DNA from: Candidatus Hydrogenedentota bacterium
GTDB taxonomy: Bacteria > Hydrogenedentota > Hydrogenedentia > Hydrogenedentales > SLHB01
Direction: 5' to 3'
DNA: 64,000 bases
Assembly (NCBI GenBank): GCA_045863335.1
Contig: BTVY01000009.1
Location: forward strand, 16,623-80,622
Both the position numbers and the translations under genes were made by a program. Within the stretch, counting starts at the first letter, position 1; each line of letters begins with the position of its first letter. This document shows, one piece after another, positions 27,450 to 37,315 of this stretch. The notes beneath the pieces were generated by a model, which was not told the DNA's origin, made no database searches, and was given only the letters and a program-made list of their open reading frames with translations.

Positions 27450-27485
27450 GTCCATACAGTCCATCCTGTCCATAACGTCCATCGC
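27450..27485. repeat. 9-nt tandem repeat, 4 copies (GTCCATNNN)
   Basis: GTCCAT at 27450, 27459, 27468 and 27477, enclosed by the inverted repeat CGAGAGC/GCTCTCG. Confidence 0.7.
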
Positions 27486-27664
27486 GCGCTCTCGGTACTT
27501 CGATTCATCCGCCGATAGCGAGGGGCGATATAGGCAAAAATGGTTGCCGTCCACTTTGGTTACCGAAATAGGGGGTGTAGTTTAATTAGTAGTCCACGAG
27601 TTTTCATTGCATATTTACTACAAGAAGTGGTTTCCGATTGGGCATTTTGTGCGAAGGTGGAGGG

Positions 27665-30600
27665 TCATTCCTGGCGGATTAGATCGATACGTTCTTCTTG
27701 ATCGGTGCGAAGTTTTCCCTCCGCGAGCATCTCACGAACTACTGCCTTGATGCTCCCTCTTATTCCCTCGAAAATGATCTGAAAGCCGAAGTTGGTGCCA
27801 ACTGTCTTCGCCAATTCATCGATGGGTGTGGCGTACTGGACTTCAAGAACCCTCAAGACTGCCGCACGGACCTCGTCCGGAGATATCTTTTCTATGTCAA
27901 GCAGGTTGTCCGCATCCCTACGTCTGGGTACCACCCCACCCGGACGCCGAACATCATAGAAGCCATTGGCCTTCCTCTGGACCAAGCCGCGCCTGACCGC
28001 TTCTCTTTTCGCCAGGTTTATGTGCTCCTTAATTCGACTGCCCGTCCGCTGGATGGAGAAGGCATCCATAATACGGCGATCCACAAAGTCTCCATGGACG
28101 GGTCCCTCAACTGAGACAATCTTCCCGATCAATCTGGCTACTTCGTCAACCGCTGTATCAAGGAAGTTCGAGGACGGATTGACGCGATTCGTGTTGAAAA
28201 CCTTGTATGCGATGAACCCGCAATCAGCTCTTGTTGAGACCTGTCCAAATCCCTCTCCTGGCGTGTACTCCAAATCCCCGTTCAAGTCCCTAAGAGTGGG
28301 TTCCGTCGGTGCAACATCTGCCGACGGTCGCGGCGAGTAGAAATCGTATGGCACGGACTTTGCCGCCTCTATCGCAAGGAGTAGATTGTCGCGTGCGCTT
28401 TGACGGTGACGATACCAATCTGTTGACCAGATACGGTGTATGCGATTGGACCAGCCCTTGTCCTCTAAGATCTGCTGTCTCAAACGATCTCGCTCGCGTG
28501 CGACAACCGACCTGTGGTATCGGTATCCGTCACATTCAACGCCGAGTAGATACCGTCCAGGATGTTGCGGGTCCACCACAGCTAGATCAATCCGGTAACC
28601 TGCGCAACCAACCTGTTTGTGAACTTCGTGACCGTTCGCGCGCAAGAACTCATATACGGACTCCTCGAACGGTGAGTCTGAATCCGTGGCGTGCATGGAG
28701 ATTTCCGGCATCGCCCCCTTCTCCGCGAACTCCAAGAACATCTTCAATGACTTTGGCCCATAGCCGGCCGTGGCAGGCAGCTTTAGGTCATCTGCTCGGA
28801 AATTGGAGAAGACAACGCACTTCTCTCTCGCTCGGGTGAAAAGGACGTTAAGTCTTCGGTGTCCGCCGTCTTTATTGACAGGCCCAAAATTGCTCGTCAG
28901 CCGTCCCGTTTCGTCGAAACCGTAACAAACACTGATTAGAATCACGTCTCGTTCGTCACCCTGAATAGTCTCCAGGTTCTTCACGAATACCGGTTCCGCG
29001 CGAGTGTTCGAGAAGAACGGCTCAAGGTCTGGCCGACGGATCATCTCAAACTCGATAAGCTCAAGTATCAACTGCTGCTGCTTGATATTGAACGTACCGA
29101 TTCCGATGGTCTTGTCGGGGAAATCTTCCAAGTGCTTGATTAACGCCGCAACTACTCTCTTTGCTTCTTCAGGATTAGTTTGACTTCGGCCACGTCCATA
29201 CACCCCCTCGGGAACGTGTTGGAATTGCATGCCGATCACTTCAGTCTTGGAAGTAGGGGATGGGAAGACGTTCAACGCATTGTCGTAGAACTGGTGATTT
29301 GAAACCGCGATCAGGGAATGGTGCCTGCTGCGATAGTGCCACTTCAGAGTCTCACAATCGAAAGCTCTAAGGCATTGGTGCAGGATGCTCTCCACATCGG
29401 CGGCTCTCGCGACTGGGTCATCCTCGTCATCCTCGTCAATTCTGTCAATATCGAAAAAGGAAGTTGGCGGCAACTGCTTTGTGTCACCGACGACAAGCAA
29501 CTGATTGCCACGTAGCACGGCCCCGATCCCATCTTCGGGTTTAACCTGGCTTGCTTCGTCGAATACGATTACGTCAAAGGAGGTAATGCGTGGGTCCAGG
29601 TATTGCGCAACGGACAAGGGGCTCATCATGAAGCAAGGTTTAATCTTCTGAATCAACTTGCCCGTAGTTTTGAGTAAGCGTCGAATAGGCATGTGTCCAC
29701 GCTGCCGTTGCATCTGTCCAAGGAGGATGCCGGCTTCAGAGTTTGGACTAGCGCCACCTTGCACGGGCGGGATCCTGCTCGTGCAGGTCTCCTCGGCATA
29801 TTTCTGGGTCAGCCTAATGGATTCCCGGTCGGCGTCTGCAAACTGGGTTCTGCGCTTTTCATATTGGTCCTTGTCAAATGACCGAAGCGCATCTCTTTCT
29901 CTGAAAGCAACCGTTAGGAGGGCTTCTGCGTAATTGCCCTTGAAGCACGGTATGACGTCTTCCGGGTCAATTTCACCACGAGCTATGACCTCCAAGAGCG
30001 GTGCCGCGATAGACTCAGCACATTGCTGGTACAAGCTCCGATACTGTGACCACTGTTGCATTCGTTCGACGTTCTCGGAAAGTCCCTCAAGAGTAGTCCG
30101 GATGCGATGCCAACTCACATCCTGAGGTCTGTAATCGAATACGTCCTCGAATTTCGCACGGTACTCATTGATGATTCCCCCAACGCGTTGGTCTAGCTCC
30201 CGCTCCGCTTGACACACCGCGTTCCACAATTGGCGGATTTGATCCCGGTTCAGCCCCGAGTCCAATGCGTCATAGAATACGGTTCTTGCGATCTCCCCGC
30301 GTTCTGTACGCAACTTGAAAGCGGTGATCCATGTCAGCGCACGTTCAACGGTCTCGTGAGATGTGTCTGGACCGTTCCAGACGCTTCCCAAAGCATCTCC
30401 CGCTTCCAAAGAGAGGTGTCTAATCTCTTTGAGTCGTTGCAGATAGACCAGAAGGTGCTGGAAGTCAGTCACGATTTCAGAATTCGACAAACGGCGGCGA
30501 ACGGAATACGCCGAACGTAGCTTTCGCTTGAGTGTTCGGTATCGTCCATTAAGAATTGCGAAGAACTTTGTACTTAACGAGCGGAACTCCTCGATTTCCG

Positions 30601-32467
30601 GGCGCCAGTCTCGTTCCTCGGGGTTGTCACCAAAACGCTGAGCTATGTATTCTCGCTCTGCCTGAAATTCTCGTAAGGCAGAGATCAATGTGACGACACG
30701 CTCGCGAGAAGACCATAGAGGCGATTCCAGGTTTTCTCTTCTCAGTTCGGGCATTTCCAGGATCTGTTGAGCGGCCTCTTTCCTCGTACGCAATGCGGCC
30801 GGCGTATCTGGATATGCAAGCCCGGTCTTGGTCGAAAGGGCTTCGAGGGTCTTGAGCAGCTTGGATAGTCTCGTCAGCGCATCCTGAATCGCGGTTCCAG
30901 CTTCCTCTTGCTGGCGGGGAAGTATCAAATCCAACTGGAAGGCGCGCCACGGGTGTTCGCTTGGTGGTCCAAGAGCACGGAGCATCACAACAAGATTATC
31001 CAAGACGTAAAGTGCGTGCTCCCAGTCACTTTCCGTTCTCTCGTGCGTACGTGAATCCATGTTCACGCGGATCAGTGTATTTCCGGTGTCCTCAAAATGT
31101 CGGACGGACTGCTCGAACATGCCAAAGAGCGTGTATGGGTTCTTACCGGTGGCACCAACCGTCTCCCGCAAGGCCGTCGCGTATGCGTTCAATTCGGCCC
31201 GCAATCGGTTGGCCTTCTGCTGCAAGCTGTCAGGTGGAGCCGGATCGACCTGAGTTCGGCGTAAGGTGCGCTTTATGTCAGCAAGGAACTCCTTCTTATT
31301 TGTCTTCCGGCTGTGCAATTCGAGGCAAGCGAAGCCCAAACCAACGCTGTCAAGTCGGGACTTCACGACTTCAAGAGCCGCCATCTTCTCGCTCACGAAG
31401 AGTACGGTCTTTCCTTGAACAAGTAACTCCGCAATGATGTTTGCAATGGTCTGCGATTTGCCGGTACCCGGCGGTCCCTCGACTACCAGATTATGTCCGG
31501 ACTTCGTGCGCTCGATCACGACCATTTGGGACGGATCGGAGTCCATAACATGGTGAACGTATCGCCAATCGATGGTGTCATCAGATATTGAGACGGGTTC
31601 GCCCTCGCTAAACCCTTCCGCACGTGCGGGAGAAAGCAAGTCCGCGAGCAGTGGCTTCTCCCATAGCTCCGTCGTCTCGGTCCAGGTCGAGGGATCAAGA
31701 TCCTTGTACATGACGAATTTCGTGAAGCTAAAGAAATCCAGGTGAATATCCTGGGTTATTGCCCAACTCGCTTTGTGACGAATGGCCTCACTCACAGCAG
31801 TAAAGTATGCATCAATGTTTACGTCGTCCGTGTCTGAGCCGAACTCGGGCAACTCAACAGAATAGTCACGAAGCTTCTCCCTCAGGGAGATATTGTAGAC
31901 GACCTCATCCCCCGTCCATTTCACACGAAAGGAACGTCCGGCGCGTGTTCGTACTAATTCAACCGGCACCAGTATCAACGGTGCCTTTAGATCCTCGTCT
32001 CCTTGCGTCTCCTCCCGCCATTTGAGAAATCCAAGGGCAAGAAAGAGGACTCCATACCCCTGTTCCTCAAGAACTTCTCGGGCCTTCTGGTTAATATAGA
32101 AGAGGCGCTTTTGGAGTTTGTCAGCCTCATACGGAGTCTGAAGCTTCAAGTCGGTGTGCCTTTCGTGCAATTCCTCCGGGGCTGGCACGACATCCCATAG
32201 CGACTCTTGGATTTGATCAAAACTACCCTCGTCTTCGTCAGGATCGATAAAGACGTCACCAGGGCGTAGTGCCGAGAAACTCATCGCCTTTTCTTCCAGG
32301 ACGAGAAGGCGGAATACCTCGGTGGGCATTTCGTCAACAATTGTGAGGGTTCGTTGCTTCGAGGGTCTGTACTTGAGAAGTCGGTTCCGGAATGTCAGGT
32401 CGAGCAACTTCGTCCGGAGCCGATCCAGTTCTGACTTCATCGCCTCAGCTCGTTCCTCAGCCAGCAT
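27665..32467 (-). CDS. DUF4011 - SF1 helicase - Vsr/MTES_1575-like endonuclease - DUF3320-like protein (Hhe-like anti-phage protein)
   Basis: LLDLTFRNRLL; GPPGTGKS; DEASQ; GDTKQLPP; HYRS; IQGDERD; RLNVLFTRAR; SPFEE...RIDLAV...GVECDG...WSTDW. Visibly lower GC than the flanks. Confidence 0.88.
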   Translation of the reverse strand: MLAEERAEAMKSELDRLRTKLLDLTFRNRLLKYRPSKQRTLTIVDEMPTEVFRLLVLEEKAMSFSALRPGDVFIDPDEDEGSFDQIQESLWDVVPAPEELHERHTDLKLQTPYEADKLQKRLFYINQKAREVLEEQGYGVLFLALGFLKWREETQGDEDLKAPLILVPVELVRTRAGRSFRVKWTGDEVVYNISLREKLRDYSVELPEFGSDTDDVNIDAYFTAVSEAIRHKASWAITQDIHLDFFSFTKFVMYKDLDPSTWTETTELWEKPLLADLLSPARAEGFSEGEPVSISDDTIDWRYVHHVMDSDPSQMVVIERTKSGHNLVVEGPPGTGKSQTIANIIAELLVQGKTVLFVSEKMAALEVVKSRLDSVGLGFACLELHSRKTNKKEFLADIKRTLRRTQVDPAPPDSLQQKANRLRAELNAYATALRETVGATGKNPYTLFGMFEQSVRHFEDTGNTLIRVNMDSRTHERTESDWEHALYVLDNLVVMLRALGPPSEHPWRAFQLDLILPRQQEEAGTAIQDALTRLSKLLKTLEALSTKTGLAYPDTPAALRTRKEAAQQILEMPELRRENLESPLWSSRERVVTLISALREFQAEREYIAQRFGDNPEERDWRPEIEEFRSLSTKFFAILNGRYRTLKRKLRSAYSVRRRLSNSEIVTDFQHLLVYLQRLKEIRHLSLEAGDALGSVWNGPDTSHETVERALTWITAFKLRTERGEIARTVFYDALDSGLNRDQIRQLWNAVCQAERELDQRVGGIINEYRAKFEDVFDYRPQDVSWHRIRTTLEGLSENVERMQQWSQYRSLYQQCAESIAAPLLEVIARGEIDPEDVIPCFKGNYAEALLTVAFRERDALRSFDKDQYEKRRTQFADADRESIRLTQKYAEETCTSRIPPVQGGASPNSEAGILLGQMQRQRGHMPIRRLLKTTGKLIQKIKPCFMMSPLSVAQYLDPRITSFDVIVFDEASQVKPEDGIGAVLRGNQLLVVGDTKQLPPTSFFDIDRIDEDDEDDPVARAADVESILHQCLRAFDCETLKWHYRSRHHSLIAVSNHQFYDNALNVFPSPTSKTEVIGMQFQHVPEGVYGRGRSQTNPEEAKRVVAALIKHLEDFPDKTIGIGTFNIKQQQLILELIEFEMIRRPDLEPFFSNTRAEPVFVKNLETIQGDERDVILISVCYGFDETGRLTSNFGPVNKDGGHRRLNVLFTRAREKCVVFSNFRADDLKLPATAGYGPKSLKMFLEFAEKGAMPEISMHATDSDSPFEESVYEFLRANGHEVHKQVGCAGYRIDLAVVDPQHPGRYLLGVECDGYRYHRSVVARERDRLRQQILEDKGWSNRIHRIWSTDWYRHRQSARDNLLLAIEAAKSVPYDFYSPRPSADVAPTEPTLRDLNGDLEYTPGEGFGQVSTRADCGFIAYKVFNTNRVNPSSNFLDTAVDEVARLIGKIVSVEGPVHGDFVDRRIMDAFSIQRTGSRIKEHINLAKREAVRRGLVQRKANGFYDVRRPGGVVPRRRDADNLLDIEKISPDEVRAAVLRVLEVQYATPIDELAKTVGTNFGFQIIFEGIRGSIKAVVREMLAEGKLRTDQEERIDLIRQE

Positions 32468-32597
32468 GAACGCACTCCCGTTCCAAAAATCTTCGACAGA
32501 AACCCCGCTTTCCTACATCCGATCTGCGGAACACTCCACCCGGTCTTGAGCGGCCAGAGGCACTGATTGCCCGCTTCCTAAGAATTCGCAGAGAATC

Positions 32598-32626
32598 AGT
32601 ATGGCGTTGTCAGGTTTCCTATTCAA
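32598..32626 (-). promoter_or_regulatory. sigma70-type promoter of the helicase-nuclease gene
   Basis: Minus strand TTGAAT-N17-CATACT about 130 nt upstream of the start. Confidence 0.5.
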
Positions 32627-32954
32627 GGACACATGCAAGGTCCCAGACCGGAAAGGGATTGGGCATTACTAATGCATGGTGAAGCGGTCACGGGAAATTG
32701 GAGAATAATTGTGGACAACGATTTCTTGGACGCCCCTCCTTTAACGGTCGATGCCGTTTGGATGAAATCCGAAGTCCCGGTGAATCTGTGATCTTTCCCT
32801 AACGCTACGACTGGAGCCGGGATTGCGCAAGGGTTGGCACAGAGCTCGGTGGGTGTGGGCGGTCTGCGCCGGGGCCCGAATCGCGATCAGCCATGCCGGA
32901 CGTACGCGGGGCAATGCCTCACTCGGTACGCCTACCTGTGGACGCGATCGGTCC

Positions 32955-33833
32955 CTACCCGTTGCTGGCGAGTCCCAGATTTTCTGCGATGCGGCGGAAG
33001 AAGCCGGCTTTTGATTCGCCGGGTTGGTCGAGGCGTTGCTGATCGATGCGGGTGGCGAGTTCTTTCATGGCCTTCGCGGCGGAGCAACTGGGGTAGCGGA
33101 GGCTGAAGGGGTTGGACTGCATGACGGCCTGGGAGACGTGGGGGTCGCGGGGGACGTAGCCCACGTAGGAGATCTTCCGGCCGAGGAACTGCTGGGCGAC
33201 CTGGGACATTTTGGTGGCGACGGCGCGGGCCTGTGCCTCGTTGAGGGCCATATTCACGATGAGGCGGAACACGGCGTCCTCGCGCATCTGGAATATGGTC
33301 TTGATCATGGCGTAGGCATCCACGATGGAGGACGGCTCCGGCGTGGTCACCAGCAGGATTTCGTCAGCGGCGGCGGCGAAAGCGACGGCGTTCTGGCCGA
33401 TGCCCGCCATGGTGTCGATGATGATGAAGTCGCTGCTCCCCTGGAGGTCTTCGAGTCCGCCCAGCACGTTCTGCCGGGCCTTGGGTCCCATGTCGGCGAG
33501 CCGAGCGATGCCGGAACTGCCGGGCACCACGTTGATCCCGCCGGGACCCTGCACGAGCACGTCGAGCATGGAACGTTCGCCGCTAATGACGTGCTGCAGA
33601 TTGTAGAGCGAATTCAGGCCGAGCAGGACTTCCACGTTGGCGAGGCCGAGGTCCGCGTCGATGATGGACACGGTCTTCCCCTTGGACGCGAGCGCGATGG
33701 CGAGGTTGATGCTCGTGTTCGTCTTGCCGACGCCGCCTTTGCCGCTGGTGACCGCGAGGACGCGCCCGCCGTTCTGGTGCTGCCGAACGAATTCCCGAAG
33801 GTTTTGCGCTTGATCTGCCACGTTTGGTTTCAC
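32955..33833 (-). CDS. flhG: flagellar number regulator, MinD/ParA-family ATPase
   Basis: DQAQNLR N-terminal motif; SGKGGVGKT; DADLGLAN; TTPEPSS; downstream of flhF. Confidence 0.92.
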   Translation of the reverse strand: MKPNVADQAQNLREFVRQHQNGGRVLAVTSGKGGVGKTNTSINLAIALASKGKTVSIIDADLGLANVEVLLGLNSLYNLQHVISGERSMLDVLVQGPGGINVVPGSSGIARLADMGPKARQNVLGGLEDLQGSSDFIIIDTMAGIGQNAVAFAAAADEILLVTTPEPSSIVDAYAMIKTIFQMREDAVFRLIVNMALNEAQARAVATKMSQVAQQFLGRKISYVGYVPRDPHVSQAVMQSNPFSLRYPSCSAAKAMKELATRIDQQRLDQPGESKAGFFRRIAENLGLASNG

Positions 33834-33860
33834 CCTATGTTGGGGCGCGATGCGCCGGTC

Positions 33861-35210
33861 CTACCGCTGTTTGCCTGCACTCAGTTGCGAAGCCTTGCCA
33901 CTCAGGAGGAGTTCCGCGACCATCTCCGGCCGGGCCTGAATTAGGTCGTCGGGGACGTTTTGTCCCACGCTGAAATATCCCAGAGGCAACCCCGTCTCCG
34001 CGAGCGTCGTGTAGAGGCCCCCGTACCGGCGGGTCTCGTCGAGCTTGGAAAAGAATAGCGAGGTTGGCCTCAACGGTGCAAAGTTCTGGACGATTTGCCG
34101 GAGGTCGTCGAGTTGCGTGTTCGCCCCGAGCACGAGCATGGTCTCATCGGGCTGGGCCGCTTCGAGGATGTCGCGCAGTTCCCGGAGCTGTCCCTTGTTG
34201 AACTGGCTGCCTCCCGCCGTGTCGATGAGAACGAGATCGTAGCTGCGGAGTTTCTGCAGCGTTTCGCGCATCTCCGCGGCGTCGTTCACGACATGCATGG
34301 GAATGCCGATAATATTGGCGTACACGCGCAACTGCTCCGGCGCGGCCACGCGGTACGTATCCGCCGTGACCAGGGCGACGCGCGCCCGTTCGCGCACGGC
34401 GAAATGGGCGGCCAGCTTGGCGAGGTTGGTCGTCTTGCCGACGCCCGTTGCGCCGACGAGCGCGACGACCCGGCCCGCGCCGGCGGAGAGCCCGATGCCA
34501 CCGGCGACCTTGGTTTGCTTGCGAATCTCGAAGGCGACGCGCTGCTCGAGGATCCGCGAGTTCCGCATCAACTCAAGGTCGCTGTCTCGAATGGCGGAAG
34601 CGATAAGCGACGCGGCGGCTTTGCGCGAGACGCCGCAATCGATCAGGGATTTGTAGATGGGTGCGCATTCGGCCGGAACGCCCGCGCCCGGCGCTTCGGC
34701 GACGAGCACTTCGACGAGTTCGCGCAACTCTTTCAGTTCCCGGCGCACCGCATCGCCCGATTCCGTTTCCCGCTCGGGGCGGCGGAATGGAACTACGGGA
34801 GCTACTGCGGCCTCTCGTCCCTGTCCGGAGGCGAGTTCCACCGGTTGGCGCACGCCGATGCGCTTCTGCGCGTCGCTCACGAGTTGCTGGAAGTAGGCGA
34901 CCGTATCTTTCACCGTCTCATCCGACCCGACGGCAGAGCGGCTCGCGACCTCTGTGGTTCTCATTTTCTCGTTGCCTTGCCGCGAAGCGCCCGCGTAGCG
35001 TTTCTCAACAGCGCTACGCTTGCGCGCCACGGGTTCGGCGGGCGCGGTGGCGGTTAATTCCACAAGACGCTTTCCAAAGAAGCCGAGCACGCCCCCCTCC
35101 TTCACCTGTGTCGTCCGCACGACAATCGCCGTGTCGCCGAGCCGGGCGCGCATGAGGTTGTAGGCCTCATCCAGGGATGCCGCTCTGAACCGGTGGAATT
35201 CCTGTGCCAT
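33861..35210 (-). CDS. flhF: flagellar biosynthesis SRP-like GTPase
   Basis: GATGVGKTT, DTYRVAAPEQL, DTAG, SKLDET and GQNVPDDL motifs. Confidence 0.93.
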   Translation of the reverse strand: MAQEFHRFRAASLDEAYNLMRARLGDTAIVVRTTQVKEGGVLGFFGKRLVELTATAPAEPVARKRSAVEKRYAGASRQGNEKMRTTEVASRSAVGSDETVKDTVAYFQQLVSDAQKRIGVRQPVELASGQGREAAVAPVVPFRRPERETESGDAVRRELKELRELVEVLVAEAPGAGVPAECAPIYKSLIDCGVSRKAAASLIASAIRDSDLELMRNSRILEQRVAFEIRKQTKVAGGIGLSAGAGRVVALVGATGVGKTTNLAKLAAHFAVRERARVALVTADTYRVAAPEQLRVYANIIGIPMHVVNDAAEMRETLQKLRSYDLVLIDTAGGSQFNKGQLRELRDILEAAQPDETMLVLGANTQLDDLRQIVQNFAPLRPTSLFFSKLDETRRYGGLYTTLAETGLPLGYFSVGQNVPDDLIQARPEMVAELLLSGKASQLSAGKQR

Positions 35211-35211
35211 G

Positions 35212-37293
35212 TTAATCGCTCACCTGCCCTTCGCTCTCAAGCCGGACTGCGGGATCGATTTCGTTGTAGGACAACACGACAATCTTCGGCATTTGCCGTT
35301 CCACGATGCGTTTGAAATAGCGGCGGACCTGTGCGGAGGTCAGCACGACGGGTTCCTGTCCGCCCAGCACCATGGGTTGGACGGCCTGAACCGTCTTCCG
35401 CGCCAAGTCCTCGGCGCGTCCCGGCTCGATGGGGATGTACTCGCCCGTTTCGGCCTTGCGCACGGCTTCGATGATTTCCCGTTCGATGTCGGGTGACAAC
35501 GTCACGACACGCAGTACGCCCTCTTCGTCGGCATACTCGGCGCAAATCTGGCGCGCCAACGCATGACGCGCGTATTCCGTGAGCACTTCGATGTCGCGCG
35601 TGCGCGGACCGAAGTCGGCGAGCACCTCGAGGATCGATTCGAGGTTGCGAATCGAGACGCGTTCGCGCAGGAGGTTTTGCAGTACCTTCTGGATTTCGCC
35701 CAGAGAAAGGACGTTCGGCAACAACTCTTCGACGACGGTCTTCGCGGATTCGCGCACGTGGTCAACGAGATTCTGGGTGTCTTGACGTGTAAGCAACTCG
35801 GGGGCGTACGACGTTAGGATCTCGGTCAGGTGCGTGGCCAGTACCGCGGACGGCTCGACGATGGTGTAACCCATCCGTTCCGCGCGATCGCGTTGCGCCT
35901 GGGATACCCAGGTGGCCTTCAACCCGAAAGCAGGCTCCTGTGTCTCGATACCATCGATCTCCTCGTCCACCAGGCCCGAACTCATAGCGAGATAATGATC
36001 GGGCATCAGTTCGTACCGCGCGATCTCGGCTTCCCGCATCTTGATGCGGTACTCGTTAGGCCGGAGCCGCATGTTGTCGACGATGCGCACGACAGGCACG
36101 ATGAAGCCCATCTTGGTCGCCATCTGCTGGCGGATCACCTGGATGCGGGTCAGCAGGTCGCCGCCTTGTTTGGGATCGGCCAGGGCGATGAGACCGTAGC
36201 CCAACTCGACTTTCAGCGGATCGATGGTCAGCAGGTCTTCCGTGCGCGCCGGTTCTTCGGTAACTTTCGCTTCCTCTGCTGCCACCTGCCGCGCGCGCGC
36301 CGCATGTTGTTCGCGCTGCATCGTCTGCCCCGCCTGGAAGGCGAGAATGCCGAGCAGGATTGCGACACCCATGAACGGAATCGTGGGCATGCCCGGCACG
36401 ATGCCCATGAAGGCCAGGAGGATCGCGCTAAGTCCCAAGGCGCGCGGATAGCGCATGAGTTGTCGGGATAGGTCGAAGCCGAGATGTTCTTCGGAGACGC
36501 TGCGCGTGACGATCAGGCCTGCCGCCGTGGAAATGACCAGCGCGGGGATCTGCGATACCAGACCGTCGCCGATCGTCAGGTTGGTGTACACCTGAAGCGA
36601 TTCAATCAGCGGCCGGCCCTGCAACAATGTCCCGATCACCAAACCGCCAACGATGTTCACAATCGTGATGATGATGCCGGCGATGGCGTCGCCGCGAACA
36701 AACTTCGTGGCGCCGTCCATGGCCCCGTAGAAGTCGGCTTCGCGTTCGATGGACCGGCGGCGTTCGCGGGCCTGCTCTTCCGTGATGAGTCCGGCGTTCA
36801 GATCGGCGTCAACGCCCATCTGCTTGCCAGGCATGGCATCCAAGGTAAAGCGTGCGGCCACTTCCGAGATGCGCGTGGCGCCGCGCGTGATGACAACGAA
36901 CTGGATCACGACCAGGATCGAGAAGATGACGATACCGACCACGTAACTGCCGCTGGTCACGAATCCGCCGAAGGCGCTGATCACCTGGCCTGCATCCGCG
37001 TTGGCCAGAATAAGCCGCGTCGAGGCCACGTTCAGGCTCAAGCGAAACAAGGTCAGCATGAGCAACATGGACGGGAACACGGCAAACTCGACGGGACGTT
37101 GCAGGTAAATCGTCGCCATCAACACGACGACGGCGATCGAAATGTTGAGCGTGAGCAGGATGTCGAGCATCCACGTGGGAATAGGGATGACCAGCACGAG
37201 CAGAATCGCGACCACGCACAACGCGAGCGCGATGTCCTGATTGCGCATCAGGTTCCATCGCGGTGCCGCGAGATCGGTCTGCGTCGCTGCCAC
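35212..37293 (-). CDS. flhA: flagellar export apparatus protein FlhA
   Basis: RLSLNVASTR, EVAARFTLDAMPGKQM, FYGAMDGATKFVRGDA and LTIGDGLVSQIP motifs. Confidence 0.97.
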   Translation of the reverse strand: MAATQTDLAAPRWNLMRNQDIALALCVVAILLVLVIPIPTWMLDILLTLNISIAVVVLMATIYLQRPVEFAVFPSMLLMLTLFRLSLNVASTRLILANADAGQVISAFGGFVTSGSYVVGIVIFSILVVIQFVVITRGATRISEVAARFTLDAMPGKQMGVDADLNAGLITEEQARERRRSIEREADFYGAMDGATKFVRGDAIAGIIITIVNIVGGLVIGTLLQGRPLIESLQVYTNLTIGDGLVSQIPALVISTAAGLIVTRSVSEEHLGFDLSRQLMRYPRALGLSAILLAFMGIVPGMPTIPFMGVAILLGILAFQAGQTMQREQHAARARQVAAEEAKVTEEPARTEDLLTIDPLKVELGYGLIALADPKQGGDLLTRIQVIRQQMATKMGFIVPVVRIVDNMRLRPNEYRIKMREAEIARYELMPDHYLAMSSGLVDEEIDGIETQEPAFGLKATWVSQAQRDRAERMGYTIVEPSAVLATHLTEILTSYAPELLTRQDTQNLVDHVRESAKTVVEELLPNVLSLGEIQKVLQNLLRERVSIRNLESILEVLADFGPRTRDIEVLTEYARHALARQICAEYADEEGVLRVVTLSPDIEREIIEAVRKAETGEYIPIEPGRAEDLARKTVQAVQPMVLGGQEPVVLTSAQVRRYFKRIVERQMPKIVVLSYNEIDPAVRLESEGQVSD

Positions 37294-37315
37294 GATCGCT
37301 TACTCCCTCATCCCG

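Noticed and set aside
32834-32850. TTGGCAC as a sigma54 promoter near flhG
   Set aside because: No TTGC at the -12 position and no correctly oriented downstream gene.
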